From: an uncultured Clostridia bacterium
Lineage (GTDB): Bacteria; Bacillota; Clostridia; Oscillospirales; Acutalibacteraceae
Direction of reading: 5' to 3'
Assembly (NCBI GenBank): GCA_944384795.1
Contig: CALWUX010000111.1
Span: 1-52,385, forward strand
DNA length: 52,385 nt
Positions 16,677 to 24,918 of this stretch are shown here, one piece after another. The notes below the pieces were generated by a model, which saw only the letters and a program-made list of their open reading frames with translations, was not told the origin of the DNA and ran no database searches. The number at the start of each line of letters is the position of its first letter. The first letter of the stretch is position 1. The translations under genes were made by a program, and so were the position numbers.

Positions 16677-17453
16677 TCAAAGGGCTTCGGCCCTGTCCAG
16701 ATGGGCGGAAAACAGCGCTCCCGTTTCGGGAAAAGCGCCAAGGCCGTCCAGCTGGACGGTGACCTGAAAGCCCTCGCGCTCTAAAACAGACTTCCAGGAA
16801 TCCGGCTCGCTTCCGGCCATATCGTTTTGGGCGTGGTCGCCTGCGACAATCATAAACGGCATTAAATGCACCTGGGTCATGCTGTGCTTTTTTAAACGGC
16901 TGATTATATAGTCAAGGTTCGGAAAGCCCTCTGCTGTGCCCACATAGATATGCTCATGTCCCAGCGCACGGAAGGTATTTTCCAGCTGGCAGTAGGAAGC
17001 GTTTGCGTAATGGGCGGTGCCGTGGCCCATCAGAACCAGCGCCCTGTTGTTCGGCGCGGGCGCATATCTCATTATGATACGGCAGCAGGCGGCATAATCC
17101 TCCTCAAAAGTCAGAAGCGGGCGGCCGATTTGTATTTTTTCAAATTTGTCTTTAAAGGCGGATAAAGCGTCCCGCATTTTTTCGAATTCAAAGCCGTTGA
17201 TAATGTGTAGAGGCTGGCAAAGCACCTCTTTGTATCCCTTTTGGTACAGCTGCTCCATGAGCTCTTCGGGCGTGGCTACAAGCTGTCCCTGTTCCCGTTT
17301 CAACTTTGCAATCACCATTTTGGAAGTGAACGCGCGGAAGCAGTCGTGGTCCTTTACATGGCGGGAAAGGGTGGATTCTATCTGGAAAATGGCGTCCTGC
17401 GCCTGTGTGTATGTAGTGCCGAAGCTGATGACGGCCAGTGCTTTTTGATTCAT
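16677..17453 (-). CDS. cbiK: sirohydrochlorin cobaltochelatase (anaerobic)
   Basis: MNQKALAVISFGTTYTQAQDAI...LMGHGTAH..., CbiK-like at 258 aa. I chose the ATG at 17453; the track extension to 17525 runs into the promoter region. Confidence 0.88.
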   Translation of the reverse strand: MNQKALAVISFGTTYTQAQDAIFQIESTLSRHVKDHDCFRAFTSKMVIAKLKREQGQLVATPEELMEQLYQKGYKEVLCQPLHIINGFEFEKMRDALSAFKDKFEKIQIGRPLLTFEEDYAACCRIIMRYAPAPNNRALVLMGHGTAHYANASYCQLENTFRALGHEHIYVGTAEGFPNLDYIISRLKKHSMTQVHLMPFMIVAGDHAQNDMAGSEPDSWKSVLEREGFQVTVQLDGLGAFPETGALFSAHLDRAEAL

Positions 17454-17492
17454 GTTCCTATCCTTTTGCTTTTTCGATTCGGTATGGTTCCT

Positions 17493-17521
17493 ATTATACA
17501 TGAAGCCGGCGGCTACATCAA
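17493..17521 (-). promoter_or_regulatory. sigma-A type promoter for cbiK
   Basis: On the minus strand, TTGATG is followed by a 17-nt spacer and TATAAT, about 40 nt upstream of the cbiK ATG. Confidence 0.55.
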
Positions 17522-17573
17522 ACATAATTTTTGATTTTTCGGCGCAAACGAGCTTATTTTTTCCCGGTTCTAT

Positions 17574-17602
17574 TTGATTTTTCCACTGCGGCGCAGTATA
17601 AT
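17574..17602 (+). promoter_or_regulatory. sigma-A type promoter for the aro operon
   Basis: TTGATT is followed by a 17-nt spacer and TATAAT. It is divergent from the cbiK promoter. Confidence 0.6.
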
Positions 17603-17688
17603 AAAAATAATTCTCAAATTTGGTGATTTTCCATTTGCGGCGCGCGGCGCGCCCGCGGTGGCGCCATATGCCGGCAGGAGGAACCGTT

Positions 17689-18708
17689 TTGCAGTTAAGT
17701 GTGGATTTAAAAGAAAAAAGCTACGATATTATCATAGAACGTGGAGTGTTGGACCGCATTGGAGATTTTGCGGATTTGGACCGTAAAGTGCTGATTATCA
17801 GCGACGATGGCGTGCCCATGGAATATGTTCATACCGTAATGCGGCAGTGTCCCAATGGGTATTATCACATTGTCCGGCAAGGGGAGGGGGCAAAGTCGCT
17901 CCCGGTTTATGAGGTGCTCTGCCGCAGACTGCTGGAGTTGAATTTTACCAGAACAGACTGTATTATTGCGCTGGGCGGCGGCGTGATAGGAGATTTGGCA
18001 GGTTTTGTTGCCTCCACCTACCTGCGCGGCATTGAATTTATTGGGATTCCCACCACTACGCTGTCTCAAATCGACAGCAGCATTGGCGGAAAGGTAGCTG
18101 TAAACCTGGATCATGTGAAAAATATCATCGGCAGCTTTTATCACCCGTCCGTGGTGCTGATCGATCCTGAAACCCTCAGGACGCTGCCCGGCCGCCATTT
18201 TGTCAACGGATTGGTAGAGGCGGTCAAGGCAGGGCTGATCTACGATGCTTCCATTTTGGATTTGTTTGAGCAGGGAGACCCGAAAGCACAGGTAGATGAG
18301 ATCATTTACCGTTCTCTGCTGGTAAAAAAAGCAGTGGTAGAGCAGGACGAAAAGGAAAAGGGTCTGCGGAAAATATTGAATTTTGGCCATACACTGGGTC
18401 ATGGAATTGAAAGCGTTTACGGGCTTTCGCAGCTGCTGCACGGCGAATGCGTGGCGATTGGCATGATCCCCATGCTGGAAAATGAGGCGTTAAAGGCACG
18501 GGTGCTGCGCATTTATGAAACATTGGGAATAAAAAGCGACGTTGCTTATGACCCTGACAAGGTATTTGACGTGATGCAAAAGGATAAAAAAGCCCAGGGG
18601 GATTCCATTACCGTGGTAAAGGTAAGGGAAGCGGGAAAAGCGGTTCTTGAGAAAATTCCCAAGCAGCAGCTGTACCAATTTTTAAAAGAAATCAAACCAC
18701 AGTCATAA
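17689..18708 (+). CDS. aroB: 3-dehydroquinate synthase
   Basis: Contains KSYDIIIERGVL, LGGGVIGDLAGFVA and HTLGHGIE motifs. I prefer the TTG at 17689 (MQLSVDLKEKSYDI), which has AGGAGG 7 nt upstream, over the track start at 17620 or the ATG at 17668, neither of which has an RBS. Confidence 0.9.
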   Translation: MQLSVDLKEKSYDIIIERGVLDRIGDFADLDRKVLIISDDGVPMEYVHTVMRQCPNGYYHIVRQGEGAKSLPVYEVLCRRLLELNFTRTDCIIALGGGVIGDLAGFVASTYLRGIEFIGIPTTTLSQIDSSIGGKVAVNLDHVKNIIGSFYHPSVVLIDPETLRTLPGRHFVNGLVEAVKAGLIYDASILDLFEQGDPKAQVDEIIYRSLLVKKAVVEQDEKEKGLRKILNFGHTLGHGIESVYGLSQLLHGECVAIGMIPMLENEALKARVLRIYETLGIKSDVAYDPDKVFDVMQKDKKAQGDSITVVKVREAGKAVLEKIPKQQLYQFLKEIKPQS

Positions 18709-18725
18709 CAGGAGCGAGGCGGCAC

Positions 18726-19862
18726 ATGAAAAGTACGTTTGGGGAACACATTCAAATCAGCTTGTTCGGCGAATCTCACGGGGCGGCCATCGGTGTGAAT
18801 ATCAACGGTTTGGCACCGGGCATACGGCTGGATTTGGATTTTATGCGCGCCCAGCTGGATAAGAGGAAGCCGAAAGGGAAAATTTCCACCCAGCGCAGGG
18901 AGGCGGACGAATTTGAAATCGTCAGCGGTTATTTTAACGGGTATACTACGGGGACTCCATTGTGTATTTTCATTCGCAACCAGAGTCAGCACAGCAAGGA
19001 CTACGAAGCCACAAAATACCTGATGCGTCCGTCCCATGCGGATTATACGGCCTTTCAGAAATACGGCGGCTTTCAGGATTACCGCGGCGGCGGCCATTTT
19101 TCCGGCAGGATCACGGCGCCGCTGGTGGCGGCCGGCGCTGTTTGTCTGCAAATTTTAAAGGAAAAGGGTATTACGGTGGCAACGCATATTGCCGCCTGCG
19201 CCGGTATTGCGGACGAACCGTTCGGTGCAGATAAAGCAGATTTGCTCCGGCAGGCGGAAAAACTCAATGACAGCTATTTTCCGACTATCAGCAGCCGGGC
19301 GGAGCAGGAGATGGTACAGGCCATAGAGCAGGCGCACAGCAGCGGAGATTCTGTCGGCGGTATTTTGGAAACGGCGGTCATCAATATGCCCGCGGGTATA
19401 GGAGAGCCGTTTTTTGGCTCTGTGGAAAGCGTGCTGGCGCAGCTTTTGTTCAGCGTGCCTGCGGTAAAGGGTGTGGAATTTGGCCTGGGCTTCGGCTTTG
19501 CGGGCCTGCGGGGCAGCCAGGCTAACGACCCGTTTGTGATGGAAGGGGACAATGTATGTACGGTCACCAATCACAACGGCGGTATCAACGGCGGTATCAG
19601 CAACGGTATGCCTGTCATCATCAGGACAGCGGTAAAGCCTACGCCGTCTATTTATCAGCCCCAGCAGACGGTGGATGTGCAAAAGCGTGAGAATGCACAG
19701 CTGCAGATACACGGCCGCCATGACCCTGCCATTATCCACCGGGCAAGGGTAGTGGTGGACAGCATGGTTGCCATTGGTCTGGTAGATTTGTTTGCCGACC
19801 GCTACGGCTATATGTGGACAGCGCCTGACGGCAGCCGGGAGGAAAGGAAGGACGTTTTTTAA
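18726..19862 (+). CDS. aroC: chorismate synthase
   Basis: 378 aa with FGESHGAAIG, RPSHADYT and GRHDP motifs. Confidence 0.95.
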   Translation: MKSTFGEHIQISLFGESHGAAIGVNINGLAPGIRLDLDFMRAQLDKRKPKGKISTQRREADEFEIVSGYFNGYTTGTPLCIFIRNQSQHSKDYEATKYLMRPSHADYTAFQKYGGFQDYRGGGHFSGRITAPLVAAGAVCLQILKEKGITVATHIAACAGIADEPFGADKADLLRQAEKLNDSYFPTISSRAEQEMVQAIEQAHSSGDSVGGILETAVINMPAGIGEPFFGSVESVLAQLLFSVPAVKGVEFGLGFGFAGLRGSQANDPFVMEGDNVCTVTNHNGGINGGISNGMPVIIRTAVKPTPSIYQPQQTVDVQKRENAQLQIHGRHDPAIIHRARVVVDSMVAIGLVDLFADRYGYMWTAPDGSREERKDVF

Positions 19863-21139
19863 TGGAATATGGCTTGATAGGCGAAAAATTAGGACACAGC
19901 TTTTCAAAAATCATTCACGAAAAGCTGGCGGACTATACGTATACCCTCTGTCCGCTGGAAAAGAACGAGCTGCATGCTTTTATGACGGCAAAACAGTTCA
20001 AAGCCATTAACGTTACCATTCCGTATAAGCAGGACGTTGTTCCTTACTGCGACGTGCTGGACGATGCTGCCAAGCGCATTGGCGTTGTCAATACCATTGT
20101 AAACAGGGACGGCAAACTGTTTGGCTATAACACGGACTTTGCCGGATTTTTATATAATTTAAATGCACACGGCATTGACTTAAACGGAAAAAAAGTGATG
20201 ATATGCGGCAGCGGCGGTACCTGCAAAACAGTCACAGCTGTGGCGGAGCATATGGGCGCAAGGGAAATTCTGGTGGTGAGCCGTTCTAAAAAAGAACACA
20301 CCGTTACGTATGAAGAATGTATTTGCCATAAGGACGTGGACGTAATTGTCAACGCGTCCCCCAAAGGTATGTACCCCGATAACGGGGAGTGTCCGCTGGA
20401 GCTGTCTCATTTTCCGAATTGCCGGGCAGTGGTGGATGTGATTTATAATCCGCTTAAGACCCGTTTGCTGCAGCAGGCGGAACAGCGGGGCATGAAAGCG
20501 GTCAACGGGCTGACCATGCTGGTGGCGCAGGCAAAGTTTGCCGCGGAGCATTTTTTGTCTGTAAGCATACCGGACCAGGCAATAGAAAAAATTACGCTGG
20601 AGCTGCTGGAGCAGTTGACCAACATTGTGCTGATAGGTATGCCCAGCAGCGGAAAAACCTTAACGGGCCAGGCGCTTTGCAAATATATTGACAAAACTTT
20701 TGTGGACACGGACGCCGTGATTGTAGAACGTGCGGGCATGAGCATCAAGGAAATGTTCCGGCAGTATGGGGAAGCCCGCTTCCGCCAGTGGGAGCAGGAA
20801 GTGATAGAAGAATTCTCCAGGCAGAACGGACAGATTATTGCCACCGGCGGCGGCGCCGTGAAAAACAGGGCCAATATGGAACGTTTAAAGCAAAATGGCG
20901 TTGTCATGTTTATTGACCGGGATTTGGAGCATCTGCTTGTTACGGACGACCGCCCGCTGTCCAGGGATAAGGACGCGGTGGCGCGGCTGTATGAGGAGCG
21001 TTATCCTCTTTACACGAAATACGAGGCTTTGCGTGCTCCCAATAACTATCCCATGGAGATCTCCCGGCAGGAGCTGGATGAGCTGATGAATACGATTTTG
21101 GAGGGCTACCATGAAATTCTTCGTCATAAATGGGCCTAA
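19862..21139 (+). CDS. aroE-aroK: bifunctional shikimate dehydrogenase / shikimate kinase
   Basis: 425 aa. The N-terminal part of about 250 aa is AroE-like (LIGEKLGHSFSKIIHE, NVTIPYK, NTDFAGF, GSGGTCK). The C-terminal part is AroK-like (NIVLIGMPSSGKT, DTDAVIVE, GGGAV). The start overlaps the aroC stop as TAATG. Confidence 0.88.
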   Translation: MEYGLIGEKLGHSFSKIIHEKLADYTYTLCPLEKNELHAFMTAKQFKAINVTIPYKQDVVPYCDVLDDAAKRIGVVNTIVNRDGKLFGYNTDFAGFLYNLNAHGIDLNGKKVMICGSGGTCKTVTAVAEHMGAREILVVSRSKKEHTVTYEECICHKDVDVIVNASPKGMYPDNGECPLELSHFPNCRAVVDVIYNPLKTRLLQQAEQRGMKAVNGLTMLVAQAKFAAEHFLSVSIPDQAIEKITLELLEQLTNIVLIGMPSSGKTLTGQALCKYIDKTFVDTDAVIVERAGMSIKEMFRQYGEARFRQWEQEVIEEFSRQNGQIIATGGGAVKNRANMERLKQNGVVMFIDRDLEHLLVTDDRPLSRDKDAVARLYEERYPLYTKYEALRAPNNYPMEISRQELDELMNTILEGYHEILRHKWA

Positions 21140-21551
21140 TTTGAATATGCTGGGCGTGCGGGAGCCCGCCGTTTACGGCAGCACCACCTATGCAGACCTG
21201 GTTGCGCTTATACAGCACACGGCAGAGGAGCTTCAGGTGGAGGTGGAGATTGTACAAAGTAACCATGAGGGCACGCTGGTGGACGAGATACAGCGGGCCT
21301 ATGGCAAGGCCGACGGCATTGTGATCAATCCGGCGGCCTATACCCACACCAGCGTTGCCATTTTAGACGCGCTGAAAGCGGTTGCCCTGCCGGCGGTGGA
21401 GGTGCATATCTCCAATGTAAAGGAACGGGAGGATTTCCGGCAGATTTCTTACGCAGGGCAGGCCTGCTTTGATACGGTGATGGGAGAAGGCATAGAGGGC
21501 TACCGCACCGCTATGAGGATATTAAAAAAAAAATTGACGCAGCAGTCATAA
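21111..21551 (+). CDS. aroQ: type II 3-dehydroquinate dehydratase
   Basis: MKFFVINGPNLNMLGVREPAVYG...NPAAYTHTSVA..HISN. GGAGGG lies 5 nt upstream. The first 29 nt overlap aroE-aroK. Confidence 0.95.
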   Translation: MKFFVINGPNLNMLGVREPAVYGSTTYADLVALIQHTAEELQVEVEIVQSNHEGTLVDEIQRAYGKADGIVINPAAYTHTSVAILDALKAVALPAVEVHISNVKEREDFRQISYAGQACFDTVMGEGIEGYRTAMRILKKKLTQQS

Positions 21552-21585
21552 AATAGGATTTTGGCTTGGAAAGGAAAGACTCAAT

Positions 21586-22602
21586 ATGATTATTACCATG
21601 AAAAAGGATGCTCCTGAGCAGGAAGTGAAAAACCTGGTGGAGTCCATTGAATCAAAAGGCGTAAAAGTAACCATTATTCAGGGTGCCAATTACAATGTTT
21701 TCGGCCTTGTAGGAGACACCACCGTGATCGATGAAAAAATGATTACGGCAAACCCCTATGTGGACAATGTAAAAAGGATCGCCGCGCCGTATAAAAAAGC
21801 GAACCGTTTGTTCCACCCGCTGGATTCCGTGATAGATGTAGGCGGCGTGAAGGTGGGCGGCAATGAGAAAATCGTCGTGATTGGCGGCCCATGCTCTGTT
21901 GAGGGAGAGGAATCCATGATGCGCATTGCCAAGGAGGTCAAGGAGGCAGGCGGCACTATGCTGCGCGGCGGTGCGTATAAGCCAAGGACTTCCCCTTATT
22001 CTTTTCAGGGCATGGGAGTAGAGGGCCTGAAATGTATGTATAAGGCAAAGCAGGCTTACAATATGCCTATTGTAAGCGAATTGATGAGCGAAAAAAAGCT
22101 GGACGAATTTGAGCAGTATGTGGATATGATCCAGGTGGGTGCGCGCAATATGCAGAATTTTGATTTGCTCAAAGCGTTGGGCAAGAGCAAAAAGCCCGTA
22201 CTGTTGAAGCGCGGCCTTGCCAATACCATGGAGGAATGGATCATGGCCGCCGAGTATATCATGGCCGGCGGCAACGAAAATGTAATCATGTGCGAGCGCG
22301 GGATACGTACCTTTGAGACATATACAAGAAACACCCTGGATTTGAGCGTAATCCCTATTATCAAGACAAAAACCCATCTGCCCATTATCATTGATCCTTC
22401 TCACGCGACAGGAGACAGGAAACTGGTGGAGGCCATGTCGCTGGCGGCCATTGCCGCCGGTGCGGACGGCCTGATTATAGAAGTACACGATAATCCGGAA
22501 TGCGCCTGGTCGGACGGCGCGCAGTCCGTTACCCCGGCCGCATTCAAAACCATTATTGAAAAAGGCAGGAAAATTGCAAACGTCATCGGCAGAGAAATGT
22601 GA
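21586..22602 (+). CDS. aroF: 3-deoxy-7-phosphoheptulonate (DAHP) synthase, type I-beta, with an N-terminal regulatory domain
   Basis: 338 aa. An N-terminal ferredoxin-like domain of about 70 aa (MIITMKKDAPEQEVKNLVESIESKGVKV) is followed by a KDO8P/DAHP synthase barrel (GPCSVE, RGGAYKPRTSPYSFQG, KRG, DPSH). Confidence 0.9.
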   Translation: MIITMKKDAPEQEVKNLVESIESKGVKVTIIQGANYNVFGLVGDTTVIDEKMITANPYVDNVKRIAAPYKKANRLFHPLDSVIDVGGVKVGGNEKIVVIGGPCSVEGEESMMRIAKEVKEAGGTMLRGGAYKPRTSPYSFQGMGVEGLKCMYKAKQAYNMPIVSELMSEKKLDEFEQYVDMIQVGARNMQNFDLLKALGKSKKPVLLKRGLANTMEEWIMAAEYIMAGGNENVIMCERGIRTFETYTRNTLDLSVIPIIKTKTHLPIIIDPSHATGDRKLVEAMSLAAIAAGADGLIIEVHDNPECAWSDGAQSVTPAAFKTIIEKGRKIANVIGREM

Positions 22603-22663
22603 TGCTTGTCCAAAGCGTCTGTTTTACCGCTAAGCGCGTGCTGCGTGCATCGGAGTGAAATTT

Positions 22664-23932
22664 ATGAAAGTAAAAGTATACCCCTCTGTCTGCAAAGGGG
22701 AAATACAAATACCGCCCTCTAAAAGCATGGCGCACCGTGCCATTATGTGCGCCGCTTTGGCAAAGGGCACCAGCGTTATTTCCAATATCGCGTATTCCGA
22801 CGATATTCTGGCGACCATTGCGGGTATGCGGGCGCTGGGTGCGTCCATTGTTACCGAAAAGGACAGCGTTACTGTACAGGGTATCCAATCCCTGCCGCAG
22901 ACGCCGCTGCAGGTGGACTGCAACGAATCTGGTTCTACTCTGCGGTTTTTTGTGCCGCTGTTTACCTTGTCCGGCCAGCCGGTCACTTTTTTGGGCAGGA
23001 ACCGCCTGCTCAAACGTCCCCAGGGAGTATACAAAACACTGTTTGAGTCCCAGGGACACCGCTTTGTGCAGACGGAGCAGCAGCTTACGGTACAGGGCGC
23101 GCTGAAAGCCGGCTCCTATGAAATCGACGGAAGTGTCAGCTCCCAGTTTATTACGGGACTGCTGTTCGCTCTGCCGCTTTTGGAGGGGGATTCCGTGCTC
23201 CATATCAAACCGCCTTTTGAGTCCCGTTCCTATATTGACCTGACCCTGCAAATGCTGCAGGCCTTTGGCGTAACGGCGAATTTCCGGGACAAGTATACCT
23301 TATATGTGCCGGGGAGCCAGTCTTATCGGGCCTGTGATTATACGGTAGAGGGAGACTATTCCCAAATGGCGTTTTACGCCGTTTTGGCGGCTGTACAGAA
23401 TGATTTGTACTGCAAAGGCGTATCGCACGCCTCCCGGCAGGGAGACAAAGCGGTTTTGTCTGTTTTGCGGGACTGCGGATGCAGTATAGAACAAAAACAG
23501 GACGGCTACCTGGTTTGTAAAAGCGCGCTGACAGCGGCCGAAATAGATTTGGCCGATTGCCCTGATTTGGGCCCTGTTTTGACCGTGCTGGGTATGTACG
23601 CAAAAGGGACGACGCGCATTTACCACGCGGTGCGCCTGCGGTATAAGGAATCGGACCGCATTGCGGCCATGGAAGAAGAATTGGGTAAATTCCATGCGGA
23701 TATCACCTGTACGGAAGATGAGGTGTTTATCAAAGGAAAGCCGTCCTATCGCTGTGAGCAGGAGCTGTACGGACATAAGGATCACCGGATCGTCATGAGC
23801 CTGACGGTGGCTGCTTTGTGCAGTGAGACGCCGGTGGTAATCAACGGGGCGGAGTGCATCAAAAAATCCTATCCTGATTTTTTTGAGGATATACGATCCA
23901 TAGGCGGCAGAATCGAGGTGTTGGAGCCATGA
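22664..23932 (+). CDS. aroA: 3-phosphoshikimate 1-carboxyvinyltransferase (EPSP synthase)
   Basis: PPSKSMAHRA, SGSTLRF and the overall 420-aa EPSPS pattern. I prefer the ATG at 22664, which has GGAG 8 nt upstream, over the GTG at 22655. Confidence 0.93.
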   Translation: MKVKVYPSVCKGEIQIPPSKSMAHRAIMCAALAKGTSVISNIAYSDDILATIAGMRALGASIVTEKDSVTVQGIQSLPQTPLQVDCNESGSTLRFFVPLFTLSGQPVTFLGRNRLLKRPQGVYKTLFESQGHRFVQTEQQLTVQGALKAGSYEIDGSVSSQFITGLLFALPLLEGDSVLHIKPPFESRSYIDLTLQMLQAFGVTANFRDKYTLYVPGSQSYRACDYTVEGDYSQMAFYAVLAAVQNDLYCKGVSHASRQGDKAVLSVLRDCGCSIEQKQDGYLVCKSALTAAEIDLADCPDLGPVLTVLGMYAKGTTRIYHAVRLRYKESDRIAAMEEELGKFHADITCTEDEVFIKGKPSYRCEQELYGHKDHRIVMSLTVAALCSETPVVINGAECIKKSYPDFFEDIRSIGGRIEVLEP

Positions 23933-24780
23933 TAAAAAAAGACGGTATTTTTTTGATTGTTGGTTTGGGTTTGATTGGCGGCAGCTATGCAAAGGGCCTG
24001 AAAAAGCAGGGCTATACCGTATATGCCATCAGCCGGGGACAGCAAACCATTGACTACGCGCTGGAAAACCATATTATAGACAAAGGCGCTGTGCGGGAGG
24101 ACCCGGTTTTGATTGGACAGGCCGACTATATTATTTTTGGTCTGTATCCCCATGCCATGATAGACTGGATTGCCCGCAACCAGCGGCATTTTAAGCCCGG
24201 CGCACTGCTTACGGATGTTTGCGGTGTAAAATGCAACGTGGTGGACAAAGTGCAGGAGTTTTTGCGGGACGATGTAGAATTCATCGGTTCTCACCCTATG
24301 GCGGGCAAGGAGGTCAGCGGTGTACAGAACAGCGACGAAACCATTTTTTATACCGCGAACTTTATTGTTACGCCAACAGAGCACAATACGGAAAAAGGCG
24401 TTGGATTTGCAAAAGAGCTGGCACGTTTGCTGGGTTTTTACCATGTTGCTTCTCTTACCCCGCAGGAGCACGATAAAATGATCGGTTTTGTTTCTCAGCT
24501 GACCCACGCGGTGGCGGTCAGCCTGATGAACACAAGCGACAATACGCACCTGAAGGAATATACGGGGGACTCCTTTCGGGATTTGACCCGTATTGCAAAA
24601 ATCAACGAGACCCTGTGGACTGAGCTGTTCTTTTTAAATAAGAAAAACCTGGTACAGGAAATAGACGACTTTGTTGCCGAGCTGGAAAACCTGAAGCAGA
24701 AAATCGCCTGTGAAGATGAAGCGGGGATCAAACAGCTGTTTGTCCAGTCAACAGAGCGGAGAAAACAGTTTGATAAATAA
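23929..24780 (+). CDS. tyrA: prephenate dehydrogenase
   Basis: 283 aa with the Rossmann motif IVGLGLIGGS and HPMAG. ATGA overlap with aroA; last gene of the aro operon. Confidence 0.88.
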   Translation: MIKKDGIFLIVGLGLIGGSYAKGLKKQGYTVYAISRGQQTIDYALENHIIDKGAVREDPVLIGQADYIIFGLYPHAMIDWIARNQRHFKPGALLTDVCGVKCNVVDKVQEFLRDDVEFIGSHPMAGKEVSGVQNSDETIFYTANFIVTPTEHNTEKGVGFAKELARLLGFYHVASLTPQEHDKMIGFVSQLTHAVAVSLMNTSDNTHLKEYTGDSFRDLTRIAKINETLWTELFFLNKKNLVQEIDDFVAELENLKQKIACEDEAGIKQLFVQSTERRKQFDK

Positions 24781-24821
24781 AAAGCGAAAGGAGCAGTGTA
24801 CGGTTCCTTTCGCTTTTTCTG
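24781..24821 (+). terminator. intrinsic terminator of the aro operon
   Basis: AAAGCGAAAGGA, a 12-nt loop, then TCCTTTCGCTTT followed by TTCT. The 12-bp stem is perfect and starts right after the tyrA stop. Confidence 0.8.
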
Positions 24822-24918
24822 TGTAAAAACGGAATGTTTTACGTTTTATTTGCAAATACTTTAAAGATATATGATAAAATAGCGTACAAAACAGCAGCAC
24901 ATACAGGAGGAACAGAGA

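Noticed and set aside
17620-17688. The ORF-track start of aroB at 17620 (TTG), and the N-terminal extensions of cobT (2218), hemL (6227), hemB (7063), cbiH (11603), cbiF (14625), cbiL (15338), cbiD (16549), cbiK (17525), rpsJ (35304), rplC (35730), rplF (42363) and infA (47367).
   Set aside because: The extensions overlap the preceding gene or the promoter, lack RBSs and add non-conserved Arg-rich residues. In each case an internal start with a GGAGG-type RBS matches the family's usual N-terminus.
18546-19907. Minus-strand ORFs of 201 and 250 aa antisense to aroB and aroC. Comparable ORFs lie at 21652-22488, 22583-23251, 23300-23992, 23869-24549 and 25309-26235.
   Set aside because: They are antisense shadows of aro genes and pepF, with no start-site support and biased, low-complexity composition.
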